64,000 nt of DNA from Candidatus Poribacteria bacterium (lineage in GTDB: Bacteria > Poribacteria > WGA-4E > WGA-3G). The stretch covers positions 3,072,001-3,136,000 of the forward strand of contig OZ219753.1 in NCBI GenBank assembly GCA_964291315.2. The letters run 5' to 3'. Within the stretch, counting starts at the first letter, position 1. Each line of letters opens with the position of its first letter. The notes under the pieces are model-generated. The model did no database searches. It was given only the letters and a program-made list of their open reading frames with translations, and was not told the DNA's origin. Of this stretch, positions 38,615 through 48,502 are shown piece after piece. A program made the translations under genes and the position numbers.

Positions 38615-39200
38615 ATGCGACAAAATCGGCTGCAAAACAGCGTCCTGGGGGTTACCACGCTTGCGGTGTTCTCTTTCTACTCACAGTGCTCTGTTAGGAT
38701 ACATTTGACAACGTCAGCACTGAAACAGCAACAATACCTATCCGGCCGCTTAAAAAAAACGCCCGCGGGTCCGGCATCAAACACCAAAACGACCCTGGCA
38801 CTGTCGTAGAAGATCGATTTGAGAAATCAGAAGCGGTGCACTAGGCGCTGCAGTTCCTTAAAACCCTCGAAGAACAAAGGTCCCCTGATAACAACGCAGA
38901 GTCCATTGATCAGAACATTCCTGAGGAAACAACCGCGCGCCGTCAAGAGGAAATGCTACTTCAATTGGTCCGGGAGGGTGTTGCCTATTATGGGAGTCTC
39001 GTCTATAGCGGCACCATTGAAATCGTCGTTGAATCCACTAGCAGTGACATCCCCGGTATTTCGCGAGGGCCTAACGGCTTTCGTCGAGACTCCTTTCAGT
39101 TCTCTGGCAACCGCCTCAAAGTCACGATCCTTGAAAATACGACCTATTACAATGGCGGTGAAAGAGGGGGTTGCCACATCCGAATTATTCAACATTCACA
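38615..39200 (+). pseudogene. Decayed, truncated paralog of 36358 (boundaries approximate)
   Basis: EAVH*ALQFLKTLEEQ (TAG 38842) and QLVREGVAYY..SG..PNG..FSGNR match paralog 3; similarity stops near 39.15 kb. Confidence 0.75.
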
Positions 39201-39244
39201 TTCCAAAACACAATATAAACGCAGATTAGGAGTGAAGGCGCATC

Positions 39245-40219
39245 CTACACTGTTAAAGAGAGGAAAAGTTCTTCCAGCGATTTTTCAGCTGTGTGCATTT
39301 CGAGGAGCTGCCAATCGTGTCCGATGATAGTTTTTGCGACTTGAGCTCGGATATCAGTGGTATATCTATAGTAAAGATGGAATTTCGGGGTGTTGCTTGC
39401 AGAGGGGGTGCGCTGTTCAACTTGAATCACATTTGGGATGTTTTTGAGCACAGCCGTGACATCATTGACGGGACCTCCTGCCACTTCAACAGAAAGAATT
39501 AGCGGTGTTGCCTGGGAGTTTTCTACGTTGCTAAGGGAAGCACCTGTCTGTGTGGACACAGCTCGCCCGTTTTCCAATTGGACATCTCCAGTGATTTTGC
39601 CTTTGCTAATGATAATCAAACGTTCACACGTGAGACTGGCTTCGGGCAAGATGTGGGTGCTGAATAGAATAGTCTGTTCTCTGCCGAGTGCCTTGATGAG
39701 TTCCCGGATTTCAACAATTTGGCGTGGGTCTAATCCAGAAGTCGGTTCGTCGAGAATTAAAACATCCGGTTCATGAATAAGTGCCTGTGCTAAACCGACG
39801 CGTTGCCGGAAACCACGGGACAACTGTCCGATAATCTGATGTCGCCGTTCGGTGAGTCCACATGCGCCAATAGCCTTATCCAACTGTTGCCTGATATGCC
39901 CCCGTGGAACGCCTCGGATCCTCGCCATATATTTCAAATATTTCGTCACGGTCATTTCTGGGTAGAGCGGTACGTTCTCTGGAAGATAACCGACACGTTT
40001 GCGTACTTCTCGTGACGCTTTGAAAACGTCATGTCCGGCGACGGTAACAGTTCCACTACTTGCAGGCATAAAGCAGGTAAGGATTCGCATTGTAGTAGTT
40101 TTGCCCGCCCCATTAGGGCCAAGAAAACCGACAATTTGTCCCTTATCTACCTGAAAGGAGATGTCTTTGAGAGCTTGGAAGGGCCCGTAATTCTTTGTGA
40201 GATTTTGAACTTCAATCAT
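39245..40219 (-). CDS. ABC-2 type ATP-binding protein (GldA-like)
   Basis: GPNGAGKTT, LSRGFRQR, ILDEPTSGLDP. Confidence 0.92.
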   Translation of the reverse strand: MIEVQNLTKNYGPFQALKDISFQVDKGQIVGFLGPNGAGKTTTMRILTCFMPASSGTVTVAGHDVFKASREVRKRVGYLPENVPLYPEMTVTKYLKYMARIRGVPRGHIRQQLDKAIGACGLTERRHQIIGQLSRGFRQRVGLAQALIHEPDVLILDEPTSGLDPRQIVEIRELIKALGREQTILFSTHILPEASLTCERLIIISKGKITGDVQLENGRAVSTQTGASLSNVENSQATPLILSVEVAGGPVNDVTAVLKNIPNVIQVEQRTPSASNTPKFHLYYRYTTDIRAQVAKTIIGHDWQLLEMHTAEKSLEELFLSLTV

Positions 40220-40319
40220 TTTTTCACCCGAAAACGGACGAGGTTAGCGACTGCGCGAGCAGATGCGTTTTTAGGGACAGCAAGATTAGAAACTTCACCA
40301 GCAGATGTATATTGCATGT

Positions 40320-41219
40320 TCAATCTTCGTTAGCTGAAAGTTGTGAGTTCCGAGGGATACTAAAGTTTAAATCTCGGTCTCTGCCCAATAGATACGGGTT
40401 GTTATCAGGCTGGACAGATTCTGATTCGGCAAGCACATGGGGAAGGTCGATTGTCTCACATCGGACATCAATTCGGTTGGGATAGACTAGCACCTGCCGC
40501 CACATCATTGGATAACAGATAATGCCCGAGGAAACAATACACAGCATACCTTGTTCTCTAAAAACCCTATTGAGATGCAGATGTCCACAGAAGAACGCCA
40601 GAATTTGTCTCTCAAAAGGAGTTGTAACCTCAATAACCTCGGCAGAATTGGCGATTCTGGAACCGATTCCCTGAAATTCAACATTTGGGAAAGGGAGTTG
40701 ATGCGAAAAAACGAAAACCTCTTGGTCGTAATCCTGAGCTCTCTTTAATTCTCGTTCTGCCCATGCCAACTGGTTTGTACTGATATATCCATGTATCAAG
40801 TCCTCTGGAACCTCTTGTGAGTCGAGAAGAATAAATCGAATATTTTCATGGACAAAACAGGTGGATCCCATGCCATTGATGCCGAATCTCGCTAAATAAG
40901 CGTCCTTGGCACCAGTGTCCGGATGTAGATCGTGGTTCCCGGGAATATAATAGCAAGGTGCGTTTATACGCGCACCGAGCCCCGCTGCCCTATCAAGTGT
41001 CGCTTCGTATTCTTCTGCGGACATACCGAAATTTTTGCCACCGCACACAATATCTCCACCGTGAATCACAAAAGCGGGATCAAAGGCGTTTAGTTGTTCA
41101 ATCAATTTTTCATAGAGCAGTAGACTATTTTTTTGTTGTTGGAATCCCCCTGAGAAGTTCCGCGTCGCATTTAGATAGAGATGTGTATCAGTAATAAAGG
41201 CAAATTTAAAGAGTATCAT
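40320..41219 (-). CDS. Calcineurin-like metallophosphoesterase (Icc/CpdA-like)
   Basis: ITDTH, GGD, PGNHD, SHQ, GHLH. Confidence 0.9.
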   Translation of the reverse strand: MILFKFAFITDTHLYLNATRNFSGGFQQQKNSLLLYEKLIEQLNAFDPAFVIHGGDIVCGGKNFGMSAEEYEATLDRAAGLGARINAPCYYIPGNHDLHPDTGAKDAYLARFGINGMGSTCFVHENIRFILLDSQEVPEDLIHGYISTNQLAWAERELKRAQDYDQEVFVFSHQLPFPNVEFQGIGSRIANSAEVIEVTTPFERQILAFFCGHLHLNRVFREQGMLCIVSSGIICYPMMWRQVLVYPNRIDVRCETIDLPHVLAESESVQPDNNPYLLGRDRDLNFSIPRNSQLSANED

Positions 41220-41290
41220 AACATATCTCGTTTTGAGGCGAGGCCGGTGACCATCGCCCAGCCAAAGAAAATCCGTTATACTTTTAATTT

Positions 41291-42034
41291 TTAGGAACAG
41301 GTCCGTTTTGTTAAAATTGCAACATAAGTCGGTGTATTCGTTGAGTAAATATAGTGCTGTGCATGCCACGCTGTGCCATCAAGGATGTCCTCCATTTCCT
41401 CTCTTGAAACGAACAGATAGTCAAACCATGGGGTCGCATAGTGGCGATAACGGATCCGTAATCGTAGTTGTCCGCTCATTCGTCCTTTGTCCCTATTCAA
41501 TTGATGATAGGCTAAGTGACACGGGGTTTCTGTCTGGTACGGATCAAGCGTTTCAGCGATAATTTTTGCGGTATCGCTTGTCATCGCATCGAAGCGTTTC
41601 AATAGCCACTTCGCTCTTTTGTAACTTCCGGTGAGTCCGAAGTTATGCCCCATCATAAGAATTGTGTCAAAGATACCTATTTTAGAACTTAATTGCGTGA
41701 TGGGTGCAACAATCGCGTTTTTGAGCCCGCGGGAATGACATGTCTGGATAGCTAAGGGTGAGATGTCAGTTCCTAAAACTGCGTACCCACGTGCTTGGAG
41801 GTAGAGACAGTGCCGTCCTGCCCCACAACCGATATCTAAGACACGTCCAGCAGCGTGGTCTATTGCGAGTTTCTGATGTTCAGCCCAATCGTTGTATTCA
41901 GCGAAGTAGTCGAGCGGCCCCAGCTGACTCGTATCAATAAAGCTATCCGATCTCTCTACAATCTCGACATTTTCTATACCGTTGTGGTAATCTGAAATCA
42001 AATGCCCGTAGGCATCTTGGGTGTCAGTTAGCAC
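41291..42034 (-). CDS. Class I SAM-dependent methyltransferase
   Basis: VLDIGCGAGRH; GTG start at 42034 after AAGGA. Confidence 0.9.
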   Translation of the reverse strand: MLTDTQDAYGHLISDYHNGIENVEIVERSDSFIDTSQLGPLDYFAEYNDWAEHQKLAIDHAAGRVLDIGCGAGRHCLYLQARGYAVLGTDISPLAIQTCHSRGLKNAIVAPITQLSSKIGIFDTILMMGHNFGLTGSYKRAKWLLKRFDAMTSDTAKIIAETLDPYQTETPCHLAYHQLNRDKGRMSGQLRLRIRYRHYATPWFDYLFVSREEMEDILDGTAWHAQHYIYSTNTPTYVAILTKRTCS

Positions 42035-42035
42035 T

Positions 42036-43388
42036 TTATCGTTCCTTGACGTAGCCGGTGGTTCCATTCGGATTAACCCACTTTGTTTTCCAATGCGTCT
42101 CGATGCCTTCGCGCCATGCCTGTGCTGCGTCTGTGAGTTCAGCAGTGAGTTCCGGATGCGTGTCTTTCAGGTTTTTTGTTTCACCCATATCGGTTTCGAG
42201 ATTAGCGAGGTGTACATTGTCCTCTGGCGGTGCTTTCTCTACTAATTGGCCACGAAGAACTAATTTCCAATTGCCTCGACGCACAGCGGTCTGCTTGCCC
42301 ATCTCCCAATAGATTTCACGATGCGGTGTAGATGCCCCGTCTGCAACCATGGGCAGGACATCGTGCCCATCAAGCGCGTATTCGGAGGGATTCCCACCTG
42401 CTGCTGCGAGAAAGGTTGGAAAGACATCCATTGCTGCTCCGACATCATTAATCACTTGTCCAGCAGGGATTCGTTGAGGCCAGTTCATAATTCCAGGTGA
42501 ACGGATACCGCCTTCATAGAGGCTGAACTTATGCCCCTTCAATTTACCAGCGGTGCCGCCATAATAGGGATCCTGTGTGCCATCTAACCAATTTCGGGTT
42601 TCCCGTGAAGGACCGTTATCACTTTGAAAATAGGAGAAGGTATTTTCTGCGAGTCCGAGTCTCTCTAATTCTGAAAAGATTTCTCCGACACTATCGTCAA
42701 CGGCGCTTAGCATCGCTGCCATGATTTGCCTGTCCCAGGGCAGCTCCGGAAAGCGATCCAGGTATTTCTGCGGAGCGTGCATCGGATAGTGTGGTGCGTT
42801 GTAAGGCACGTAAAGGAAAAAGGGCTTGCCGAGTTCAGCAGATTTGCGAATATATTGAATCGCGTATTCAGTGATGAGTTCAGTGAAGTATTCACCGTTT
42901 CGGTAGATTTCCTCTCCGTTCTCCCAGAGGTCATGTGTCTGATCCATGTCGGGTTGTGCCATACCCCAGTAAAAGATGTGGGAGAAAAAATCGATGCATC
43001 CTGCCATGAAACCGAACCAGTCGTGGAACCCGTGATGTTGTGGTCGTGATCCATCAGCGAGTCCAAGGTGCCATTTACCGGACATAGCGGTGTAGTATCC
43101 GCGTGCTTTGAGTGCTGTGGCGAGGGTGGGTACAGAAGATGGGAGTCCTGTAGCAGTGCGATGTCCTGCTAAAATGGATCGGACACCTGCATGACACGGG
43201 TAGCGTCCTGTTAGGAGTGCTGCGCGCGCCGGTGAACAGACAGGTGAATTCGAGTACCAATCTGTAAAACGAACCCCCTCGGCTGCCATTCTATCAAGGT
43301 GCGGTGTTTTGAAATCCGTAGCGCCCATACAAGACAAATCGCCGTATCCTTGGTCATCAGTTAAAAAAATAATAAAATTAGGTTGCAT
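42036..43388 (-). CDS. Cys-type sulfatase
   Basis: PNFIIFLTDDQG, CSPARAALLTG, GKWHLG, SDNG. Confidence 0.95.
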   Translation of the reverse strand: MQPNFIIFLTDDQGYGDLSCMGATDFKTPHLDRMAAEGVRFTDWYSNSPVCSPARAALLTGRYPCHAGVRSILAGHRTATGLPSSVPTLATALKARGYYTAMSGKWHLGLADGSRPQHHGFHDWFGFMAGCIDFFSHIFYWGMAQPDMDQTHDLWENGEEIYRNGEYFTELITEYAIQYIRKSAELGKPFFLYVPYNAPHYPMHAPQKYLDRFPELPWDRQIMAAMLSAVDDSVGEIFSELERLGLAENTFSYFQSDNGPSRETRNWLDGTQDPYYGGTAGKLKGHKFSLYEGGIRSPGIMNWPQRIPAGQVINDVGAAMDVFPTFLAAAGGNPSEYALDGHDVLPMVADGASTPHREIYWEMGKQTAVRRGNWKLVLRGQLVEKAPPEDNVHLANLETDMGETKNLKDTHPELTAELTDAAQAWREGIETHWKTKWVNPNGTTGYVKER

Positions 43389-43408
43389 CCTCTCATTTCT
43401 CCGTTGTA

Positions 43409-44947
43409 TCATTTTTTCCAGAAACTTCGGTCGAGGCTCCGATATTGTATGGCTTCGGAGACGTGAACGGCTTCTATATTCGGGTTTCGATCCAGATCGG
43501 CGATGGTGCGTGCAACTTTCAAAATTCGATCATAAGCCCGTGCACTTAATCCCAACTGGTTAATCGCAACCCGGAGCAGGTCTTGTGCTTGGGAGTTGAC
43601 TTGGCAATATTCCCGAATCTGTTTCGGTTGCATAGTTGCATTAGCATGTATTGTTGTGTGGGCAAAACGTTGCTGTTGGCTCTGGCGCGCCGCCTCAACC
43701 CTTTTCTGGACGATTTCAGAAGGTTCTCCAGTTGTTTCGGCAGCAAGTTCAGCATATTTTACAGCTGGCACCTCAACCTGAATATCGATCCGATCCAAAA
43801 GTGGACCTGAAATACGGGAAACATAATTCTGAATCTGAACTGGTGAGCATTTACAATCTCGGGTTGGGTCGCTGAAGTATCCACAAGGACAAGGGTTCAT
43901 TGCGGCAACGAGCATAAAATTAGCGGGGTAAGTGAGGGATGCTGCTGCGCGCGAAATTGTCACTTGTCGTTCCTCAAGAGGTTGCCGCATAACCTCAAGA
44001 ACATTACGTTTGAATTCGGGGAGTTCATCCAAAAAGAGGACTCCATTGTGTGCAAGACTCACTTCACCGGGGCGTGGGACATTTCCGCCTCCGATTAGGC
44101 CAGCATCTGAAATCGTATGATGCGGTGATCGGTACGGACGTGTTACCACCAAGGGCGTATCACTGGGGAGGATACCAAGAATGCTTTGAATCTTGGTTGT
44201 TTCTAAAGACTCCTCCATGGAGAGCCTGGGCAGAATAGTCGGAATTCGCTTCGCAATCATTGTTTTGCCAGACCCCGGAGGCCCAATCATAATGAGGTTA
44301 TGCCCGCCTGCAGCGGCAACCTCAACAGCACGCTTGACATGTTCCTGCCCTTTCACATCAATTAAATCAGTATGGGATTCTGGATGCTCACTATCCGTGT
44401 CAGCGTTGTGTGTGTAGACTTCAGGTGATATTTCCTTCTCACCATTAAGGAAGGCGGTAGCTTCAGCTAAACTCACAACTGGATAGACATTTATATCTTC
44501 TACAATCGCAGCTTCTTTGGCATTTTCGGCGGGAAGGATGAGGTGTTGGATGCCGTTTTCTTTCGCGGCGATGGCTATAGGGAGTGCTCCTTGTATGCCG
44601 CGAACGCTCCCATCGAGTGCAAGTTCACCTAAAACTATAGCGTTTTCAAGCCCTGTAGGCATGACCTGATTCGTTGCCGCCATAACCCCGATTGCGATAG
44701 GGAGATCAAACGCCGATCCCGCCTTGCGGATGTCCGCAGGCGCAAGGTTCGCCGTGATTCGGGTTTGCGGGAAGTAGAAGCCGGAGTTCTTAATAGCTGC
44801 GGTAACTCGATCTTTACTTTCCTTGATCGCACTGTCGGGCAAACCGACGGTGCTGAAAGCAGGTAACCCTCCGGCAACATCGACTTCAACTTTCACGATA
44901 TAAGCATCAATTCCCAGCATTGCACTGCTTAGGACTGTTGCAAGCAT
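43409..44947 (-). CDS. comM: YifB/ComM Mg-chelatase-like AAA+ ATPase
   Basis: NLAPAD, FDLPIA, GPPGSGKT, RSPHHT, FLDELPEF, SGPLLDRID. Confidence 0.93.
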   Translation of the reverse strand: MLATVLSSAMLGIDAYIVKVEVDVAGGLPAFSTVGLPDSAIKESKDRVTAAIKNSGFYFPQTRITANLAPADIRKAGSAFDLPIAIGVMAATNQVMPTGLENAIVLGELALDGSVRGIQGALPIAIAAKENGIQHLILPAENAKEAAIVEDINVYPVVSLAEATAFLNGEKEISPEVYTHNADTDSEHPESHTDLIDVKGQEHVKRAVEVAAAGGHNLIMIGPPGSGKTMIAKRIPTILPRLSMEESLETTKIQSILGILPSDTPLVVTRPYRSPHHTISDAGLIGGGNVPRPGEVSLAHNGVLFLDELPEFKRNVLEVMRQPLEERQVTISRAAASLTYPANFMLVAAMNPCPCGYFSDPTRDCKCSPVQIQNYVSRISGPLLDRIDIQVEVPAVKYAELAAETTGEPSEIVQKRVEAARQSQQQRFAHTTIHANATMQPKQIREYCQVNSQAQDLLRVAINQLGLSARAYDRILKVARTIADLDRNPNIEAVHVSEAIQYRSLDRSFWKK

Positions 44948-45017
44948 GTGGATATTCCTTCCAATTAGGTTAAAATTCGAATCTCTGCGGTTTGTTAGGA
45001 GCCAGTACCAAATCACA

Positions 45018-46037
45018 TTAATTTAAGTCGCCGGTCAGCTTGTGTAAGGTTTGGATCTGTCGATGGTTGGCGATTACCAACAGTGCGTCTCCGGCACCTA
45101 TTCTTTTATCTCCGGGGGGATTATAAAGAAATGCCCCGTCCGTATCGCGGATGGCGACGACAACCAATCCGGTTTGTTCTTTAATATTTGCAGATTTGAG
45201 AGAAATTCCATCTAAGGCAGAATTGCGCTGAACGATAGATTCAGCAAAATGGGTGCCTTGATGGTTTTGAGTGATATTCGCTAAAAACTCCACAAGATGC
45301 GGATAGAGTATACTAGAGGCGAGGCGGATTCCCCCAATATGATCTGGTAAGACAACTTCATCTGCCCCCGCCGTGATGAGTTTACCCGGCGAATTATCTT
45401 CAACGGCCTTAGAAGCTATTTTTAAACGCGGGTTGAGTTTCCTGGCCGAGATGACAACAAACAGATTATCTTGGTCTCTACTCAAGCAGGTAACGAGTCC
45501 TTGTGCGCGTGCTATACCTGCACGTACGAGCAATTCGTCATCGGTTGCATCACCTTGGAGGTATGGAAAGTCTCGTGTGTCGGAGAGGTGGATAAGGCGC
45601 TCTTCCTCGAATTCAATACCGACGAAATCCACATCTGCTTTTAGCATTTCGTCGAGTACATGCACGCCAGTGTCGCCAAGTCCACAGATGATATAGTGAT
45701 TTGATAATTTATCTACAGTTCGGATCATTTTTTGTTGTCGAAAAAAACTTTGTAGTTGCCCTTCAATCAGAAATAAGGTGGCGATAGTGACACTATAAGT
45801 GTAGACTCCAAACCCCCCGATGAGAAGCAGTATTGTGAAGATGCGTCCGTTATCGCTCATTTCCAGGTCCTCGTGACCTGCGGTTGTTAAGGTAATCACA
45901 GTCATATAGATTGCATCAAGTAGCTGCCAACCGTGTTGTGGATTGTCTCTTTCAATTATCAAGTACCCGAGAGTTCCCGTCAGAAGCAACCCGCCGAGCA
46001 TAGCGAAAGCAATTGTGATTTTACGTTGATAATTCAT
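45018..46037 (-). CDS. 2-TM ion channel with TrkA-N/TrkA-C (RCK) domains
   Basis: DAIYMTVITLTTAG pore helix; HYIICGLG, GDAT; TrkA-C domain. Confidence 0.88.
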   Translation of the reverse strand: MNYQRKITIAFAMLGGLLLTGTLGYLIIERDNPQHGWQLLDAIYMTVITLTTAGHEDLEMSDNGRIFTILLLIGGFGVYTYSVTIATLFLIEGQLQSFFRQQKMIRTVDKLSNHYIICGLGDTGVHVLDEMLKADVDFVGIEFEEERLIHLSDTRDFPYLQGDATDDELLVRAGIARAQGLVTCLSRDQDNLFVVISARKLNPRLKIASKAVEDNSPGKLITAGADEVVLPDHIGGIRLASSILYPHLVEFLANITQNHQGTHFAESIVQRNSALDGISLKSANIKEQTGLVVVAIRDTDGAFLYNPPGDKRIGAGDALLVIANHRQIQTLHKLTGDLN

Positions 46038-46240
46038 TCTCCTCTTTTCGTGACGGTATACTTAGCGTTTTCCCAAGCACACCGTTTTGTGGTCAGTTTT
46101 AGCATTTATTTAGACACTCGGCCTCGTTGCCTCTTTCCCACCAGGGGTGGGGACCGGTATAGGAAACCTTCCGTACTGCTGAAAGAAGGAGTTTATTTAT
46201 TTTGCGGTTTTACCATAAAATTCCCGTGATTCTCCTGAAG

Positions 46241-46825
46241 CTAATGCCTTCTTCTCGCACTGCGTTTGACAGCCGGATTCGGGTCGTGTTGTGCAATATC
46301 GAAGAGCGTACGGCGTTCGATTTTGTCGAGCATCGGCAAAAGCTTTGCGACTTCTATGCGCACACACGCCGCGGGGTCTTTAAGAGCCCGTTCAAACCAG
46401 CGTTCAGAGTCATCCGAGGCATGTTTCGCCAGAGCAGCGAGTGCGCCGGCGCGGATACGTTTATTCTTAGATTCGGCGTAGGGCAAAATAGGGGAAACAT
46501 ACCCTTCATCACACCGACTCATAATCCTCAAGGCACTACAGACTACATCGACCGATTCGTCTTCAAGATACAAAACACACCAATCGAATAGGTCCGTAAT
46601 CCCAGATTTTTCAAGAGATTGAAGTCCACGTATACGCCGCTTTGGATTCGGGTCGGAAATATCGACTATCCCGCGAGCAGAACAAGTATAGACTTCTGCA
46701 GATTGGATCGGTTCTTCTAGCGTGTTTGGATGTTGAACGTGGAGTGTGATTGTATTGTTCTGCATATGCTCGATTGGGTGCACTTCCGGACTGAAAGAAA
46801 TTTTGTCAAAAATGCGGGTAACCAC
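46241..46825 (-). CDS. HEAT-repeat protein (start uncertain)
   Basis: LEDESVDV, LKDPAACVR, DPNPAVKR repeats. Confidence 0.75.
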   Translation of the reverse strand: MVTRIFDKISFSPEVHPIEHMQNNTITLHVQHPNTLEEPIQSAEVYTCSARGIVDISDPNPKRRIRGLQSLEKSGITDLFDWCVLYLEDESVDVVCSALRIMSRCDEGYVSPILPYAESKNKRIRAGALAALAKHASDDSERWFERALKDPAACVRIEVAKLLPMLDKIERRTLFDIAQHDPNPAVKRSARRRH

Positions 46826-46940
46826 TGCTTACCTATTGTAAAGAACTCTTGGCGATTGATATGTTTTCCGGTACCAGATTCCATTCGGTTATTCATCCAA
46901 TGTGCTAACCGCAAGATGCCGCAATGGTTTCTACTCACAA

Positions 46941-47333
46941 TCAAGAGGGGTTTTGACTTTCCGCAACGGGTATCTCGTCTGTGGGTTCATCAGCGGGTGT
47001 CTCTTCTTCGGTTTGCTCGGTTTTTTCGTCCTCTTGTGCAGCCGTATCCTGTCTACTCAGGGCGCGGACGTAACCCATCCTGAGTTCATAGAGGGTATTG
47101 GCCAAGAAGTTAGCTTCCGGTGCGGTGAGGTTTCCTTTTGTCTTTTCTTCAAGCATCTCAATGCTATCAATAATCCGTTTCGTGAGCGGGAGGTTTACAA
47201 TCACCTTGTCTGTTTCGGGGTTACGGATCCCCTCTAAGTAGAGTTGGGCTGTCGTTACGAGATCCCCAAGAAAGGTGATGAAATTCATGGGCGGAAGTGT
47301 TTGCGTTTCTTGCTGGGCGGTAGTTTCTTCCAT
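46941..47333 (-). CDS. DUF1844 family protein
   Basis: IDSIEMLEEKTKGNLTAPE..LYELRMGYV. Confidence 0.85.
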   Translation of the reverse strand: MEETTAQQETQTLPPMNFITFLGDLVTTAQLYLEGIRNPETDKVIVNLPLTKRIIDSIEMLEEKTKGNLTAPEANFLANTLYELRMGYVRALSRQDTAAQEDEKTEQTEEETPADEPTDEIPVAESQNPS

Positions 47334-47395
47334 TTATTGTGCTTGCTCCTCACTTATTGCTATGTAGTGTGCAGATGTCTGGACAAAAGATTCTG

Positions 47396-47779
47396 CTATT
47401 CCTCATCGAATATGATAATTTGTGCAAGTAAGCTGCCTGCTTGGTTGTTGTTGCTCGGGTTTTCATTCATAGCGAGAAAGATAACGCCATCAGCGGGTGC
47501 AGGATTGTCGTAGCGTGAACCAACAGCAAAAACGGTGTCTTCAATCCTGGCAATAAGTGCTCCGATATTTGTGCCGGGTAATAGATAACCGTTGGAGCCT
47601 GGTGTCTTAGGCACCCCATCTCCGCCACACCATCCGGTCCGATTTTGCAGATCCGGGGACCACGCGCCCTCTGCATCAATAATGAGACGTTGTCCTTTTT
47701 TGACGCGCACGTAACTTTCCTGCCAGACGGGGCTTGGACGCGCCGTTCGAGTAACAGTTAAAGCCATATATGCCTCCAT
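47396..47779 (-). CDS. LecA/PA-IL-like lectin-fold protein
   Basis: VKKGQ..AEGAWS..GALIARI..FAVG..APADGVIFLAMNE..GSL. Confidence 0.6.
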   Translation of the reverse strand: MEAYMALTVTRTARPSPVWQESYVRVKKGQRLIIDAEGAWSPDLQNRTGWCGGDGVPKTPGSNGYLLPGTNIGALIARIEDTVFAVGSRYDNPAPADGVIFLAMNENPSNNNQAGSLLAQIIIFDEE

Positions 47780-47899
47780 TTATAACAAAATATACAATTA
47801 AACGAGAGTTCGAAAAAAGATAAACTTCACAAATCGGTCTTAGCAGTTAGCCGTTTCTGATTTGTCAACCGCTATCTGCTAACTGCTAGCCGATATCCA

Positions 47900-48502
47900 T
47901 TACTCTTTCTCTCGAATAGTAATGTTCATAATTGCGTCGCCAACGGTGATTCTGTCAACGACCTCCATACCGCTGACGACGTTTCCGAAAATGGTGTAAT
48001 CACTGTCAAGGATAGCATCGCCTCGACAGATAAAGAATTCTGATGCATAGGAGACACTCGCCCCTTCTTCTTTCGCTAGGGCGACAACGCCCCGCGACAT
48101 CTGTTGCGAACCGTTCTCAATTGGAAGTGTGTCTCCGGCGGCGAGATTCGATCCTGCTTGGACGAGAAGTTCTTCTGCGCGATTAAACTTCTCGCCTTTA
48201 TAATACATGACTTGGGCGTTCTTAATGAAATTCTTGGAAGTTTCGGGTGCTTCAGCTGCAAGAAATTCAAATTCAATAGTGCCCTTTGCCGTTTCAATAA
48301 CGGCCACCACCGTTGTGGGATCAATCTGAGGCTTTGCTGGCGAGCCCGTTGTGCCTGCCCCAGTGCGACGTGCGCGTGGTACGGGTGCAGGCTTGTCTTC
48401 TTGTGCGCAGCTCATCACAAAGGTAGCAAAGGAAACCGCCAGGATCAAGAGCACTGCAGACGTGAAGGTTTGGTATTGGTTATTCCGTTGTTGCCTTAAC
48501 AT
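47900..48502 (-). CDS. Cyclophilin-like lipoprotein with a degenerate active site
   Basis: IETAKGTI, APETSKNF, FFIC, YTIFGNVVSGMEVVD. Confidence 0.82.
   Translation of the reverse strand: MLRQQRNNQYQTFTSAVLLILAVSFATFVMSCAQEDKPAPVPRARRTGAGTTGSPAKPQIDPTTVVAVIETAKGTIEFEFLAAEAPETSKNFIKNAQVMYYKGEKFNRAEELLVQAGSNLAAGDTLPIENGSQQMSRGVVALAKEEGASVSYASEFFICRGDAILDSDYTIFGNVVSGMEVVDRITVGDAIMNITIREKE

Noticed and set aside
9299-38844. TAG recoding suggested by in-frame TAGs at 9299, 27631 and 38842
   Set aside because: TAG ends intact genes here (e.g. 36228, 37552, 38538), and these cases lie in decayed regions.
11352-39200. Prophage or ICE interpretation of the island
   Set aside because: No integrase, terminase, capsid, relaxase, T4SS or att-like repeat was recognised.
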